Positions 50,174 to 62,040 of a stretch of 64,000 bases of DNA are shown piece after piece. Position numbers and translations under genes: made by a program. The notes below the pieces were generated by a model. The model did no database searches and had not been told where the DNA came from. It worked only from the letters and a program-made list of their open reading frames with translations. Each line of letters begins with the position of its first letter. Position 1 is the stretch's first letter. Origin of the DNA: Octopus sinensis (taxonomy: Eukaryota); contig NC_043016.1 in assembly GCF_006345805.1 (NCBI RefSeq), forward strand, positions 26,474,001 to 26,538,000. Direction: 5' to 3'.

Positions 50174-50212
50174 ATGACGATGAATGACGAAACGGATTCT
50201 GGCCGTAGATTG
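50174..50212 (+). CDS. Possible short first coding exon (MTMNDETDSGRRL) of an unidentified gene
   Basis: ATG-initiated 13 codons ending at TTG|GTAGGT (phase-0 donor), ~0.8 kb from the CpG island. No downstream coding exon was recognised. Confidence 0.2.
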
Positions 50213-51434
50213 GTAGGTTTTTTTTTTCCTCCCTATACAATACACCAAAAGGTTATGTATTTTAACTGGGAATTGAAAACTATGTCAGCCAATGAACACA
50301 CACACACACACAAACACAAAAATCTGTCTCGCACACATGCACATACGAACAAGAATGATCAAGGGAGCCTTTTAATGTCTTGTCTTTTATTATTACTGAT
50401 TTAGTTTAGTAAGGGAAAAATTATATATATATATATATACATACATATGTAAAAAGCAGTTGTACAAAGGTTAGATTATTTATTTGATTGTTGTGTGTAT
50501 TTATTCTGTGTGTATGTTATAATATTTATGTATGTGTGTGTCTGTGTGTGCTGGCTGACATAGTTTTCGATTTCCGCAGTTAAAACACAAAAGTAACTCA
50601 ATAAAAATAAATAAATAAATATATCTGTCTCTCTCTCCATATATATTTATACATAATATATATTTCCTATAATCTGGTAAATATATATATATAAAAAAAA
50701 AGACTGTACAGAAGCTGATCTTCCTGTCGTCAAAGAAAAACCGCCGTTTGATGGATCACATTTACAACTAAAACGCCTCACTACAGCAGCCATCTTGTCA
50801 ACATTAACCTCCCTCCCCCTTTCACTTTATCTCTAATAATACTTTCTCTCTTTCTATCTCGCTGTCTTTTTTTTTTTTTTTCCACTTTCCTTTTTCTTTC
50901 TCCCCCTCCCCCCTTCTCTTATTTAATGTTGAGTTGTTTTGTTTTTTTTTTCTCCTACTTCGCAGCCAATTGTAAATAATGGTTTACATTGAGTCATTTA
51001 TCTTTCTTAAAATGTATCAACAAACCTTGATAAAATCAACAGCATATTCTCATCAGAACTGTCGTTATTTCAATGCATTTTATTTTCATTTTTTTTTTTT
51101 TTTTAGCATTTTATGCTACTGCTCAGCTTGTAATAAATATGCACACATGTTTACAAGGGATTTACCTATGTAGTCATTCGACTTAGAAGAAATAGTAAGC
51201 AAATCTCCCTCAAATTACACTCCATTGTTTTACAGGAAAGAACAATACACATTTAAAGTGTGGTCCTAGGTACCATCTTCGCCACTACATAAAACGATGG
51301 TCAGGACTCACATGGAGTTAACAATACATTGTATAAGTATGCATGTGTGTGTGTGTGTAAGTGAATATAAGCAATATATATACGCGTGTGTTAAGAATTT
51401 ATACATAATTGTTTAAATGTATAGTTTTATATAT

Positions 51435-51466
<32 letters not shown>

Positions 51467-51879
51467 ATATACATACACACAACGTGATGTTGGTGTATAT
51501 ATAGATATCAACATTTAACGTCCGTTTTCCATGCTGGTATAAGTTGGACATACACACACACATTATATACACGTTTATAAATGTGTTTTATATATATATA
51601 TTATACACGCACGCGCGCACATTTACACGCTTATCCGTGTGTGCGTGGAGTTACGGAATAGCCATCTGTCTCACGAGGAAGGAAAAGGGACATGGAATTG
51701 GGGGCAAAAGTGTAAAAAAAAAATACTGAAATTTATGGGGGAAAAGTCTTTCACAAACATTGTCATTGCTGTTTTATGAAATACAGGAATAATTAAAAAA
51801 ACATTTAAAAACCCAAACATCCTTTCACCCCAATCTTATTTAACCTTCCCCATGAAGTATAACCTGTTCCAAAACTCCA

Positions 51880-51881
51880 CC

Positions 51882-51914
<33 letters not shown>

Positions 51915-52025
51915 GTATATATATATATGTATATATATATATGTATATATATATATATGTATGTATGTATATATATATATGTATGTATGTATATATATAT
52001 ATGTATGTATATGTATGTATGTATA
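51880..52025. repeat. (TA)n/(TATG)n compound microsatellite (one of many in the window)
   Basis: Direct inspection. Confidence 0.95.
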
Positions 52026-52029
52026 CACT

Positions 52030-53480
52030 CCCAGGCACATGCAAAACGAAAAGCTCCAACAATTGCCAGGATCCTGATGGAATGATATGTATAATCCCTC
52101 ATCACATACCCTAAAAGGCGTAGTCTCTTTGAAAGAGGTTAGATCCATCTTTTATGGTCTGTTAAATGAATACGGTGGATCTTATCGAAATCCCAGTCAG
52201 TTGCATACTGACAAACAAGACATGCACAATGTCTTATTATGATTGGATAAAGACCATCGTCTATTGTCTCAGGAATTGTTTAATGATACCTGTCTAGTCA
52301 TCATCAATCGGTACATCTCTACTGAAAAGACCAGTCGCAATAGTTATTTTAAAAAAAACGGGGAGGGGATAAATTTCGACATGCTTTTAAACAAGTGGAT
52401 CCAGCAGCAGTAACGGAGCAAGTTTGTGGAATTCTCTTTCTTTCATCCATTATTACAACCAGCCGTGCTTTGCTGACGTTTGTGTTGCTATAAAAAAATT
52501 CTTGGAAAAATGTAAATTTCCTGGGTCAGACGTTCTTGCAGAAATGTTGCGTGATGGGTTGTTACCTCTACATACGAACAGTTTCATTGCTACAACAATG
52601 TTGGATAAACTGTCGGAATCAGGAGCACCGTCCACTTACTCTTTGCTTGTCCAAATCATTTTCATAAGTTTGTCCTAAACATCCGTGCTTGTTATTCAGA
52701 CTAAGTTAGTAGTCCTTGTTATATACGTCGGGAGTGATGTAAAGCTTTCTTTTGATAAGTCACAAGTTACTTTGATGATTAAGGGGGAAAATGCGAGTGT
52801 GTATCATATATGTTGCATGGACGTCAGGGAAACATGTCCTGTGTATCTTGTGATACACAGATCAGGCAAAGGGTTAATAGTGCAATGATGCTGATATCGT
52901 TTTCAGCATCTAGAAAAATGAGAATGACAACTATGGTCCAATAGTAGAATCATAGAACCGTTGTGAAGAGAAGCAACATCAACCTTGCAAAAGAGGAAGA
53001 CAATGCTATGCAACGATTCAGTTCTGCAGTTGGCTTCTCACTGTAGGGGTGGGATTGAAGATAATGGAAGATAATCGTGCCGATCATTACAAGGAGAAGC
53101 GAGAAAAACGGCATGAGTGCAGAGGGAACGTCCTGACCAAATCCGTGTTCGAAAAGACTCGGTTAATGAATATCAGAAAACATCGCTCCAAGAGTCACAG
53201 TACAACTTCCACTGGAATTGAATGAAGCACAGCCAATATCTTTCTCACAAAGCAGCGTGAAACATTGGGATCTGTTCATTTGATCTTTTGATGTGTCTAG
53301 GGTTTTTAACAATATAAACAGAACTTCCGTTGGATGTTCTCTGAAACTTTGGTTCCAAACCCAAATTTGTGAAATCTCCCTCAGCTCTACTCATGAATGA
53401 TGACCTGAATTGCTTTTCGGAGGGCAGAAATCTGACACCTTCAAGTGTAAATAAACGGGAATTAGTCATGGCTGCATGCT
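52030..53480 (-). mobile_element. Old, highly degenerate L1/Tx1-like remnant (ORF1-like part then APE-like part)
   Basis: Minus-strand TYEND..Q and HLTDHK (SDH-like) text. The 53040-53130 segment is homologous to 54780-54860. Confidence 0.35.
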
Positions 53481-54009
53481 AGCAACCTTTACTGTTTGAT
53501 GTTTTCCTAATATGTGACCATGTTGATTTATTTATGCATGCGCGCATGTACATACACATGTATATCTTCTTCATCATAAACTATAAGACGTGTAGGAGCC
53601 TTTGTTAACCTCCGGCATCAGTTGTTATGGGTTTCTAATAAGTTCAAGTCTGAACAAATCTTTTGATCATAGCATACTGATGACTCGGCTCTTGTTCATT
53701 CTCTGGAAGTACTACTACAGACCATCATCTCAGCAGCCGTTACTGCTTTTGAAAGATCGGCGTTGATCCACAATGCCCCATAGACGGTGACCTCTGACAG
53801 TGGCACACTACATCAAATTAGCCCCTCGTCTCCATTTCCTCACTTCAACAAAAACAACAAGCCGCTCTCTTCCAATTCAGATACTCTTATTAGCAACATT
53901 TCTCATGTTAAACATTGACTGAGGAAATTCAGAATCTCCTCGAACAGGTGCCTATCTACCCTTCGGAATGTTCAGAAAGTGACTTAGCAAGCACCAAGTC
54001 CTCGTAATA

Positions 54010-54415
54010 GGGCGGCGAGCTGGCAGGAACGTTAAGCACGTCGGGCGAAATGCTTAGCTGTATTTCGTCTGTCTTTACGATCTGAGTTCGAATTCCACCG
54101 AGGTCGACTTTGCCTTTCATCCTTTCGGGGTCGATTAAATAAGTACCAGTTACGCACTGGGGTCGATATAATCGACTTGATCCGTTTGTCTTTCCTTGTT
54201 TGTCCTCTCTGTGTTTAGCCATTTGTGGGTAGTAAAGAAATAGTTATTTCGTCTGTCTTTATGTTCTGAGTTCGAATTCTACCGAGGTCGATTTTGCCTT
54301 TCATCCTTTCGGGGTCGATAAATTAAGTACCAGTTGGCGTACTGGGGGGTCGATTTAATCGACTGGCTCACTCCCCCAAAATTTCGGGCCTTGTGCCTAG
54401 AGTAGAAAAGAATAG
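54010..54415 (+). mobile_element. Young tandem family A SINEs
   Basis: Near-consensus copies retaining CpGs. Confidence 0.9.
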
Positions 54416-55558
54416 TACCCGGGACTGTTGGCAGTTGTATATTTGTCTCTCGCCTGTATCTTGTTTGAACGAGGATCGGCTGACACTGAAATCTAGGATA
54501 CCGTTAACACCCAGTGTGTCTGGAGATCATTCTAGTCGCCAGGTGAAATTAGGATAACATATGTAGAAACGTTTCATTGAAACAACATTGAACCCACACT
54601 AGGTGGGCATCGTTTGAGATGGTTTTTCACTTGTAGCGTGCCTGTTTGGCTCGTGTTTCTCCTCTTACAGCCATATGGTCAAGGCTTTGGTTCACAGACG
54701 TTTTGAAAGGAAGCGATATCAATCTTATAAAAAACGGGAAACATTGCTTATCCGTCGATTCACTTTGGTAGTTGACAGCCTCAATGTTGAGATGGGATTG
54801 AAGATAAAGGTGGAGAAACGCGCTGACCATTATGAGAAGCGAGAAAAGTGGTACGCTGTTACTCCAACCAATGTCTTATCTATAATAACTGCGGTTGTAC
54901 ATCAAATGTAGATAGAGTATATTCAACAAAGACCCACTAATGAAGAAAGAGGTCATCGGATGCGATAAACAACCGTGTGTGTGTGTGTGTATGTATGTGT
55001 TATAACTGATATGAATATTAGTTGGTTGATTAAGTGGTACAGAGAGTTAACATTAGAAGTACAGGATGAGTGCGCGCATACACAGTGAGAGAACGAACCT
55101 TAGAAACAGTGGAGGAAGTGGACGAGAGGGAGGAGTAAATGGCAGAGTAGTTATTGGAGGAGTTATGCAGAAGAGAGATTTGTTTGATTTTATTTTGAAG
55201 TAAAAAAATATTTTACTTATGAAAGTTAGTTTTAAATTACACCATTTTATATATAAGCACCAAGGAATCTTGATAAAAAAGTTTAATGTAATTATTGCAT
55301 TTATGACATATTTCCCTGATATTACTGATGGTTACCCACCCGTCCTTCTGTTTTTTCATGTTGGACGGTCATGGACCTAGTTCCTTCATTGGGAGTCACG
55401 GCCCTTCTAAACAAGTCAGGACTATGTCTCATTTGTGCGTTCTTTTTTTGTTTTTTGGCATGTTTTCTCTGATTCAATACACTTCTTGTCACTAACCATT
55501 TTACAATATATTTGCGCGCTGGCATGTGTGTGTACAAAAGAGAAAGTAGTTTCTAAAG

Positions 55559-55706
55559 AAGTCATGGGCAAACTGCGCTCTGCGGGACTTTTTGAATGGC
55601 ACGCCTAATGAAAAATTGCCTTGTATTGTTTTTTAGTAGTACGGCTCACCTGATAATGAGCCATGTCTTATGCGGCCCGCTTCTCGAAAAAAGTTGCTCA
55701 CTACTG
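55559..55706. mobile_element. Short hAT-like MITE
   Basis: agtcatgggcaaact ... gcggcccgc ... aagttgctcactactg. The TSD is eroded. Confidence 0.5.
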
Positions 55707-58700
55707 TCCTGTACCATATTAAACTGGTCCCTCAAAATGCTTCAGTTGATTGCAGCTAAACTAATTTTAAAGCCTGAAAGTTTACTCTATGAGTGTACGT
55801 ACATAAATGCATATATACATATACACATAAATGCATACATACATACATGCATAGAATTGCTTTAACTGAGGAAGGTTTATGTAATGGATACATTTCCTAT
55901 TATATATTAAGCAAACCTGAAACGTACGTATTAAATTATTTCAATATATCACTGTTTCGTTTGACTTCATTATTACAACTATATATATATATATATACAA
56001 ACAAACAATACTTTTGCCCACCATTAACGATGTATTCATCTACTTCTTACCCCGTTCCTATATGTTCGTAAATAGAATCTGTCAAATATTTACAAAGTAG
56101 TGATGATGATGATGATGATGATAATAATAATAATGCTTTCTACTATAGGCACAAGGCTTGAAATTTGGAGGAGGGGGGGGGCTAGTCGATTTCATCGACC
56201 CCCAGTGCACAACTTGTACTTAAATTATCGATCCCAAAGGGGTGACGAGCAAAGCCGACCACGGAGAAAGAACATAAAAACGAACGAAATGCCACCATGC
56301 ATTTTTGTTCGCTGTTAACCATTCTGCCAGCTGCCCGCCTTAATAATAATAATAACAATGACGATGATGATCAGCGTTTAGAAATTGATACATCTCTAAA
56401 TTCGTGATTTTTTCCCCCCTCTTTACAAAACCTAAAGACTGTGCTCCATCTTAGACTTAGCCTAGAGAAGAGTAACCTTTGTTTAATCTTGATTGTTTTG
56501 TTTGTTTTTTTATCATTATTCGGCGAACTTTCAGAATAGCTGTCCTGCATAAGTTTTTCCGTATCACATATTTCAAAAGAATGGGTGAGGGGGAGAGGAA
56601 GCCCTTTTTTGTTTGTTTGTTTGTTTGTTTTAAACTTAAATTTTAAAATTTTATTCGTCATTCTTGTAGAGCGATATTTATTTCTACAATATTTGTTAAC
56701 TTAAAATACGGAATATTTTTTTGGAAAAAAACCATTGTTTAAATATATTCTATATATTTTTTTTTCTTAAATCTTGTTAATTGTTTTGTTTATATCCCCC
56801 TCGTTCTCCTCCTGTTAACAATATTGTTACTGACAGCGAAAAACTACATTACATTCATATCAACCAAGTAAAACTAGATTTTTATTTTTAACGTCATCTT
56901 TTTGTTTGTTGATTACCAGTTAATTTTAACTTTTTTTCTTTTGAAACCGAGTTTGTTTTTACTTCAGTTTTACCATATGTCGATAAAAATCTTCGCATAA
57001 AACATATGATCTCTGAGAAACATACATTCGACGGATTATCTCGAGTGCCTTGTTTTAGAAGACATTTCTTTATGGTTTGTTTAACCCGAAAAAGCGAAAC
57101 GCGGTGTGACGAATATTTTTTTACTTTTTCCCTGTCCAAAACATTTTCATAAGTTTGTCTTTGCGTCCATACTTGTTCTCAGACTTTTAATTAGCCCTCG
57201 TTTCATACGTTCATGTACTATAATTCTTTTCTTTCATAAGTCCCTAGTTTTAAAGCCAGGAACTTTTCAGCACTCCCTCGTATGATAACTTTGGTTGCCC
57301 GGGAAATATGTCCTGTGTATCACGTGATACACAGTGTAATACACAGGACACGCGAAAGGGTTAACAAACAGCCTGAGGTGCCCGTATCCTTCCAGGGGTG
57401 CGAAATGGCTTTGTTGTTGAGATGCAATATAAAAAGGGGATTTATTTTTAATTAGCTATTAAAAAAATTAATTTCAGAAATTCTTGAATGCTTGTAGGGG
57501 AATACGAAAATGCTGGGAAGCACTGCTATAAATAATAGTTTTCGTAGCATATCTATAGATTAGTGCACTCTACCCCAAATTTTACAGATACATTTTCGAG
57601 GGTATATATACTTAAATATTTAGATAGGTTTTGGCTAGTATTGGGCCCAGGCCATGGCAAACTTAATAAGCAGCAACAAACAGTACCTGGAGAAGACAAT
57701 AATCATGTTGCATGTTATCGTTATATTTATGGGCACCGTAGCTCATTCGAGATAACAGAATATTGTTTGTAGAAATGTATCTGGGCGTCGGTGGTTTATC
57801 TGGAATTTATTAGAGGATTACAGTTATATTTATAAAATTAGGATTTGAAAAAAAAGAAATAAGCAATTTTTTTGTTGTAGGAGTTTGGGAGTAGTCTCTT
57901 TCTCTCTCTCCCCTAGCCTCGCTCGATTTTGTTGCAACCAATTTCTGTGACACATTTTTTTTCTCCCCTTTTAGATTTATAAGTGTGAACCATCAACATA
58001 ATTGTAACCTATATTCTGGGCGTGGGGGGGAAAGACCCCCCCCCACCGCATTTCTGAAGAATATAATCTAAATAATAGCCATTTTTAATTAGAATTACAA
58101 TGAAAAAAAAAAAAAAAAAAATTAAGTTGAGAGTGGGGCAGTAAGAAAGAGACAGATAATTGTAATTAATCTATACTCTGGAAAATGTATCTCTACAAAA
58201 TTGCATTTAAAAATAATGGTTTTTTTTTTAAGAAACAAAAGTCTTGAGTGGAGAAAGGGATCCGAAACACACACACTATATATATATATATATTATATAT
58301 ATATGTGTGTGTGTGTAATATATATCAGACACAACAGTGTGTATATATATATATATATATATAGCAGAAGCATCGTGCGATAATTGTAATCTAGCCTCTG
58401 GCTGGAAAAGAATATTTGGAAAATTTTGTTGAAAAAGAAACATGCATGATTCAGAAAGTTGTGGAGAAAGTAAAAGTTAGTTGTGGCGAAGAGGTGGGCT
58501 TCAAACTGTAGTTATGCTGACATTTATTTATCTGCAGATTTTTTTATTTTTATTTTTGTTTCCTAATAATCTCTTATCACAAATTGTAAACCTAATTTCC
58601 TCCATGTGCAGTATTAATGTATCGAACAGGATTTCTTGTTCAGTTTCTATAACGACGTCGTCGTTTTAACATCATTATTTCGTTGCACGAAAATATACAT

Positions 58701-59533
58701 TTACCTAGTCCTTCTAATTAAATTGTAATAATAGCTAAGACGTAATTTGTGGAAACTTGTTACGTGACCTATAATTGTACAGGTACACACGCACATATGT
58801 ATGCATATATTAATGCATGCATATATATATATATATATATATAATACACACTCACACACATGCATACATAGCACACACGTGTTGTAAAACGGATAAGTTT
58901 GTCTTATTTATTTTCCTTGTAGGCCTTATCTACATTGAACTATCCGCTGTGTTGTATGTACAGATTTTGCAAGTTTTCTATTTTCTCTCTCTCTCATATA
59001 CACTACACACACACACACTCACTAATTCGTAAGACGAGTTTTGTCATACTCATAACCATCATCATCATCAGTTAATTAATTCTCAGGCATTCAAAAACTA
59101 TAAGGTTCTATTTCTTGGTCCCGTAGTTAATTTATATGGTAGGTGTCTTCCCCCCCCCCCATCGCCATCTCTGATAACTGATTATTAGTATCGCTATGTC
59201 GAAAAAAAAAAAGTCGTGTGTGTGTGTGTATAAATTTACTTTTGAAACGAAGTTCATGAAACACGCTAATAAATTACACAAAGAAATTTATAATCATAAT
59301 TCAAAATTTGAGTAGAAGAAAAGGTATTACCGAAGAGTAAATAAAATATCTTCTGTTGTAATTTAGTCTCCCCTCTATGTATATTACCAAATGAGTTTTA
59401 AATTGTGGAGCCTGATTTTGTTGTCTTTTGTTCTTCGTTAGTCGACAAAAAAATGAAATGGTATTGGCAATGTAACCCAAATTGATTTGAAAGCAAAATT
59501 TGCTACACATCTCCTTTACAAATAATATTTATT

Positions 59534-59592
<59 letters not shown>

Positions 59593-59814
59593 AATAATTT
59601 TTCCTCAACGCACTATAAAAATGTATTTATTTATTTCAATCAATGGTGAAAAAAAAAATCGTTCTTGAAATGTGGGGTAAAAAGTTTTTAATAGTAACAC
59701 AATAAGTATATGATGATGTTATTCCTAGATTTAGCTGAAAAAGAAAAAAGTAAATTAAAACTTTTTTCTTTGGTTAAATTATGAATTCAATAATAATAAT
59801 AATAATAATCTTTT

Positions 59815-60010
59815 TTAATATAGGCACAAGGCCTGAAATGTTGGGGGAAGGGGACTTAGTCAATTACATCGAACTCAGTGCGTAAATAATACTTAATTTA
59901 TCGACCCCGAAAGAATGAAAGGCAAAATCGACCTCGGCGGAATTTGAACTCAGAACGTAAAGACAGGCGAAATACCGCTAAGTATTTTACCCGGCCTGCT
60001 AACGATTCTG
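59815..60010 (-). mobile_element. SINE family A (further copies at ~56135-56345, 61690-61900 and 63370-63930)
   Basis: Reverse-complement family A body, bounded by (TAA)/(TAT) tracts. Confidence 0.85.
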
Positions 60011-60021
60011 AATAATGATAA

Positions 60022-60052
<31 letters not shown>

Positions 60053-60228
60053 TACAATGATTAAAATATTTAAAAATTTTCATCGTTAAGAATTAGCTTC
60101 CCCATCTCTTTTCTCTCACCTTCCATCTATGTGCGATTTGGCGACTATTGTCTTTTTAAAACATCAAAGGGGGGAAGGGTACCTTCACACACACATACAT
60201 ATATATATATATATACATACACACACAC

Positions 60229-60282
<54 letters not shown>

Positions 60283-61974
60283 AGAGAGAGAGAGATTTTT
60301 AATGGTTCTTTTATGTACTAACTTCAACTATATATTTTTTCATTATCTTCAGCGTGTTTCAAACTATCTTCGTTTCAAATTACACACACACACACACACA
60401 AACATATATTTCATTATTTCGGCATAGCGATACTAGTAATCAATCCAGTCATTAGGACTCTATATACATATTGCTTTATAATAATAATAATAATAACAAT
60501 AAGCATTAGACAGACCGTAATATTATATATAGGTATTGTGTGTGTATCTGTGTATGTATGTCATCTGATGGTAAAAAAAAAAAAAAATTCGATTCAAAAT
60601 TACTGGATTATATATATTAAAAGAATCAGCTTAGATGTTGTTACAGGATCGCATTAACTAGATTATCGGAAAATTGTTTATTTTGTTTATCAACTCTTGT
60701 TTTTGTTCCCTTCCAAATAATAATAATAATAATAATAATAATTGTTGTTGTTGTTATTGCTATTTTACTATTATTATTGATGTTCTTCTTCTTCTTATTA
60801 TTATTATTTCTAATTTCGGGTGGGAGAACAAGTCGGTTACATCGACCCTTGTACTTCATGGTACTTTGTTTTATTTCTCCCCGAGAGGATGAAAGGCAAA
60901 AAAACACACAGATAATTAAAATATATCTTGATGAAAAGATACAACCTCCTCCTGGGCCGGGTGAACGCTCACTACAACTCTGATCGCCATCATCGACCCC
61001 CATCCCAAACCCTACCATCATCATCATCATCGCCTTGATGTTCCTCCTTGTGTAAAATCCTGTCCAGGTACTGAATACTGCTTTGTCTTGGGAAAAATAT
61101 ACCTGTGAACAATCCTGGTATCAGAATAGACAACGGAAAAGTGGTTCTTACGTTCGCCCCCCACCCCGTGTACCTCTTCATCCTTATCACCACCACCACC
61201 ACATCTCTGTTATTATTGAAGTATGGGTTTCTACATTAACCCCCACCAAAAAAAAATTTTTTTTTTTCCCTTTTTTTTTCGTTTTTTTTTTTTTTTTTTA
61301 CGAACTGCCGACCCTTTCTATGCTCCATATAGTCGGAGACCTAATCTTACCCGCAAAAATCTGCACTTTCTCTTTGCCTAAATAAATAAATGTAGGTTAA
61401 GTCATCCATCAGTCCTGCCTGCCTTCGTTTGCTATGAAAAACCATGGGGGTTGGAAGTCTGTGTGAGAGTAGTGGTGGTGGGGACGCGTACTGCTCGGCG
61501 TCATCCCTTCCCTTAAGGTTCATTTTTTTTTTTGAGGTGGGAGTTTAAAGAGTGGTTCTTACGTTCCTGCCCCCCCTCTCCTTCCCTCCTTGCCTTCACC
61601 ATCACCACCACCACCAACCTCGTTATCGGTCTTCCCAGTGTCTCCGGGCATTTATTAAAAAATTTTACCAGCATTTAATATAATCCTTTCTAAAAATAGG
61701 CACAAGGCCTGAAATTTGTGGTGAGAGGACAAGTCGATTACATCGACCCCCCCAGTGATTCACTGGTACTTAGTTTATCGACCCCCTAAAGGATGAAAGG
61801 TAAAGTCGACCTCGGCGTAATTTGAACTCAGAACGTGTAGACGAGACGGGCGAAGTACCGCTATGCATTTTGCTCGGCGTGCTAACGGTTCTGCCAGCTC
61901 GATTTCACTTATACTCACTGATATTGGTAAATACTCGAAAAGGATGGTTAGTTACCGACATTTCAGGTTGTGTT

Positions 61975-62040
<66 letters not shown>

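Noticed and set aside
50660-50797. Minus-strand YY1-like caagATGGCTGC start with a ~41-codon ORF
   Set aside because: The ORF runs into AT-rich simple repeat with no convincing donor or recognisable protein. The motif alone is insufficient.
51805-52148. ORFs of YI/YT repeats (also 60145-60327, 61952-62190 and others)
   Set aside because: These are microsatellite translations.
58020-58048. G/C-run hairpin gtggggggg-aaaga-cccccccccac as a Helitron 3' end
   Set aside because: There is no downstream CTRR terminus, and homopolymer pairing is easily coincidental.
49550-59000. Known conserved miRNA hairpins in the unique stretches
   Set aside because: I recognised no conserved mature miRNA sequence by eye, and the short stems seen (e.g. 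49712-49747) are too short. A MirGeneDB search would be needed to exclude them fully.
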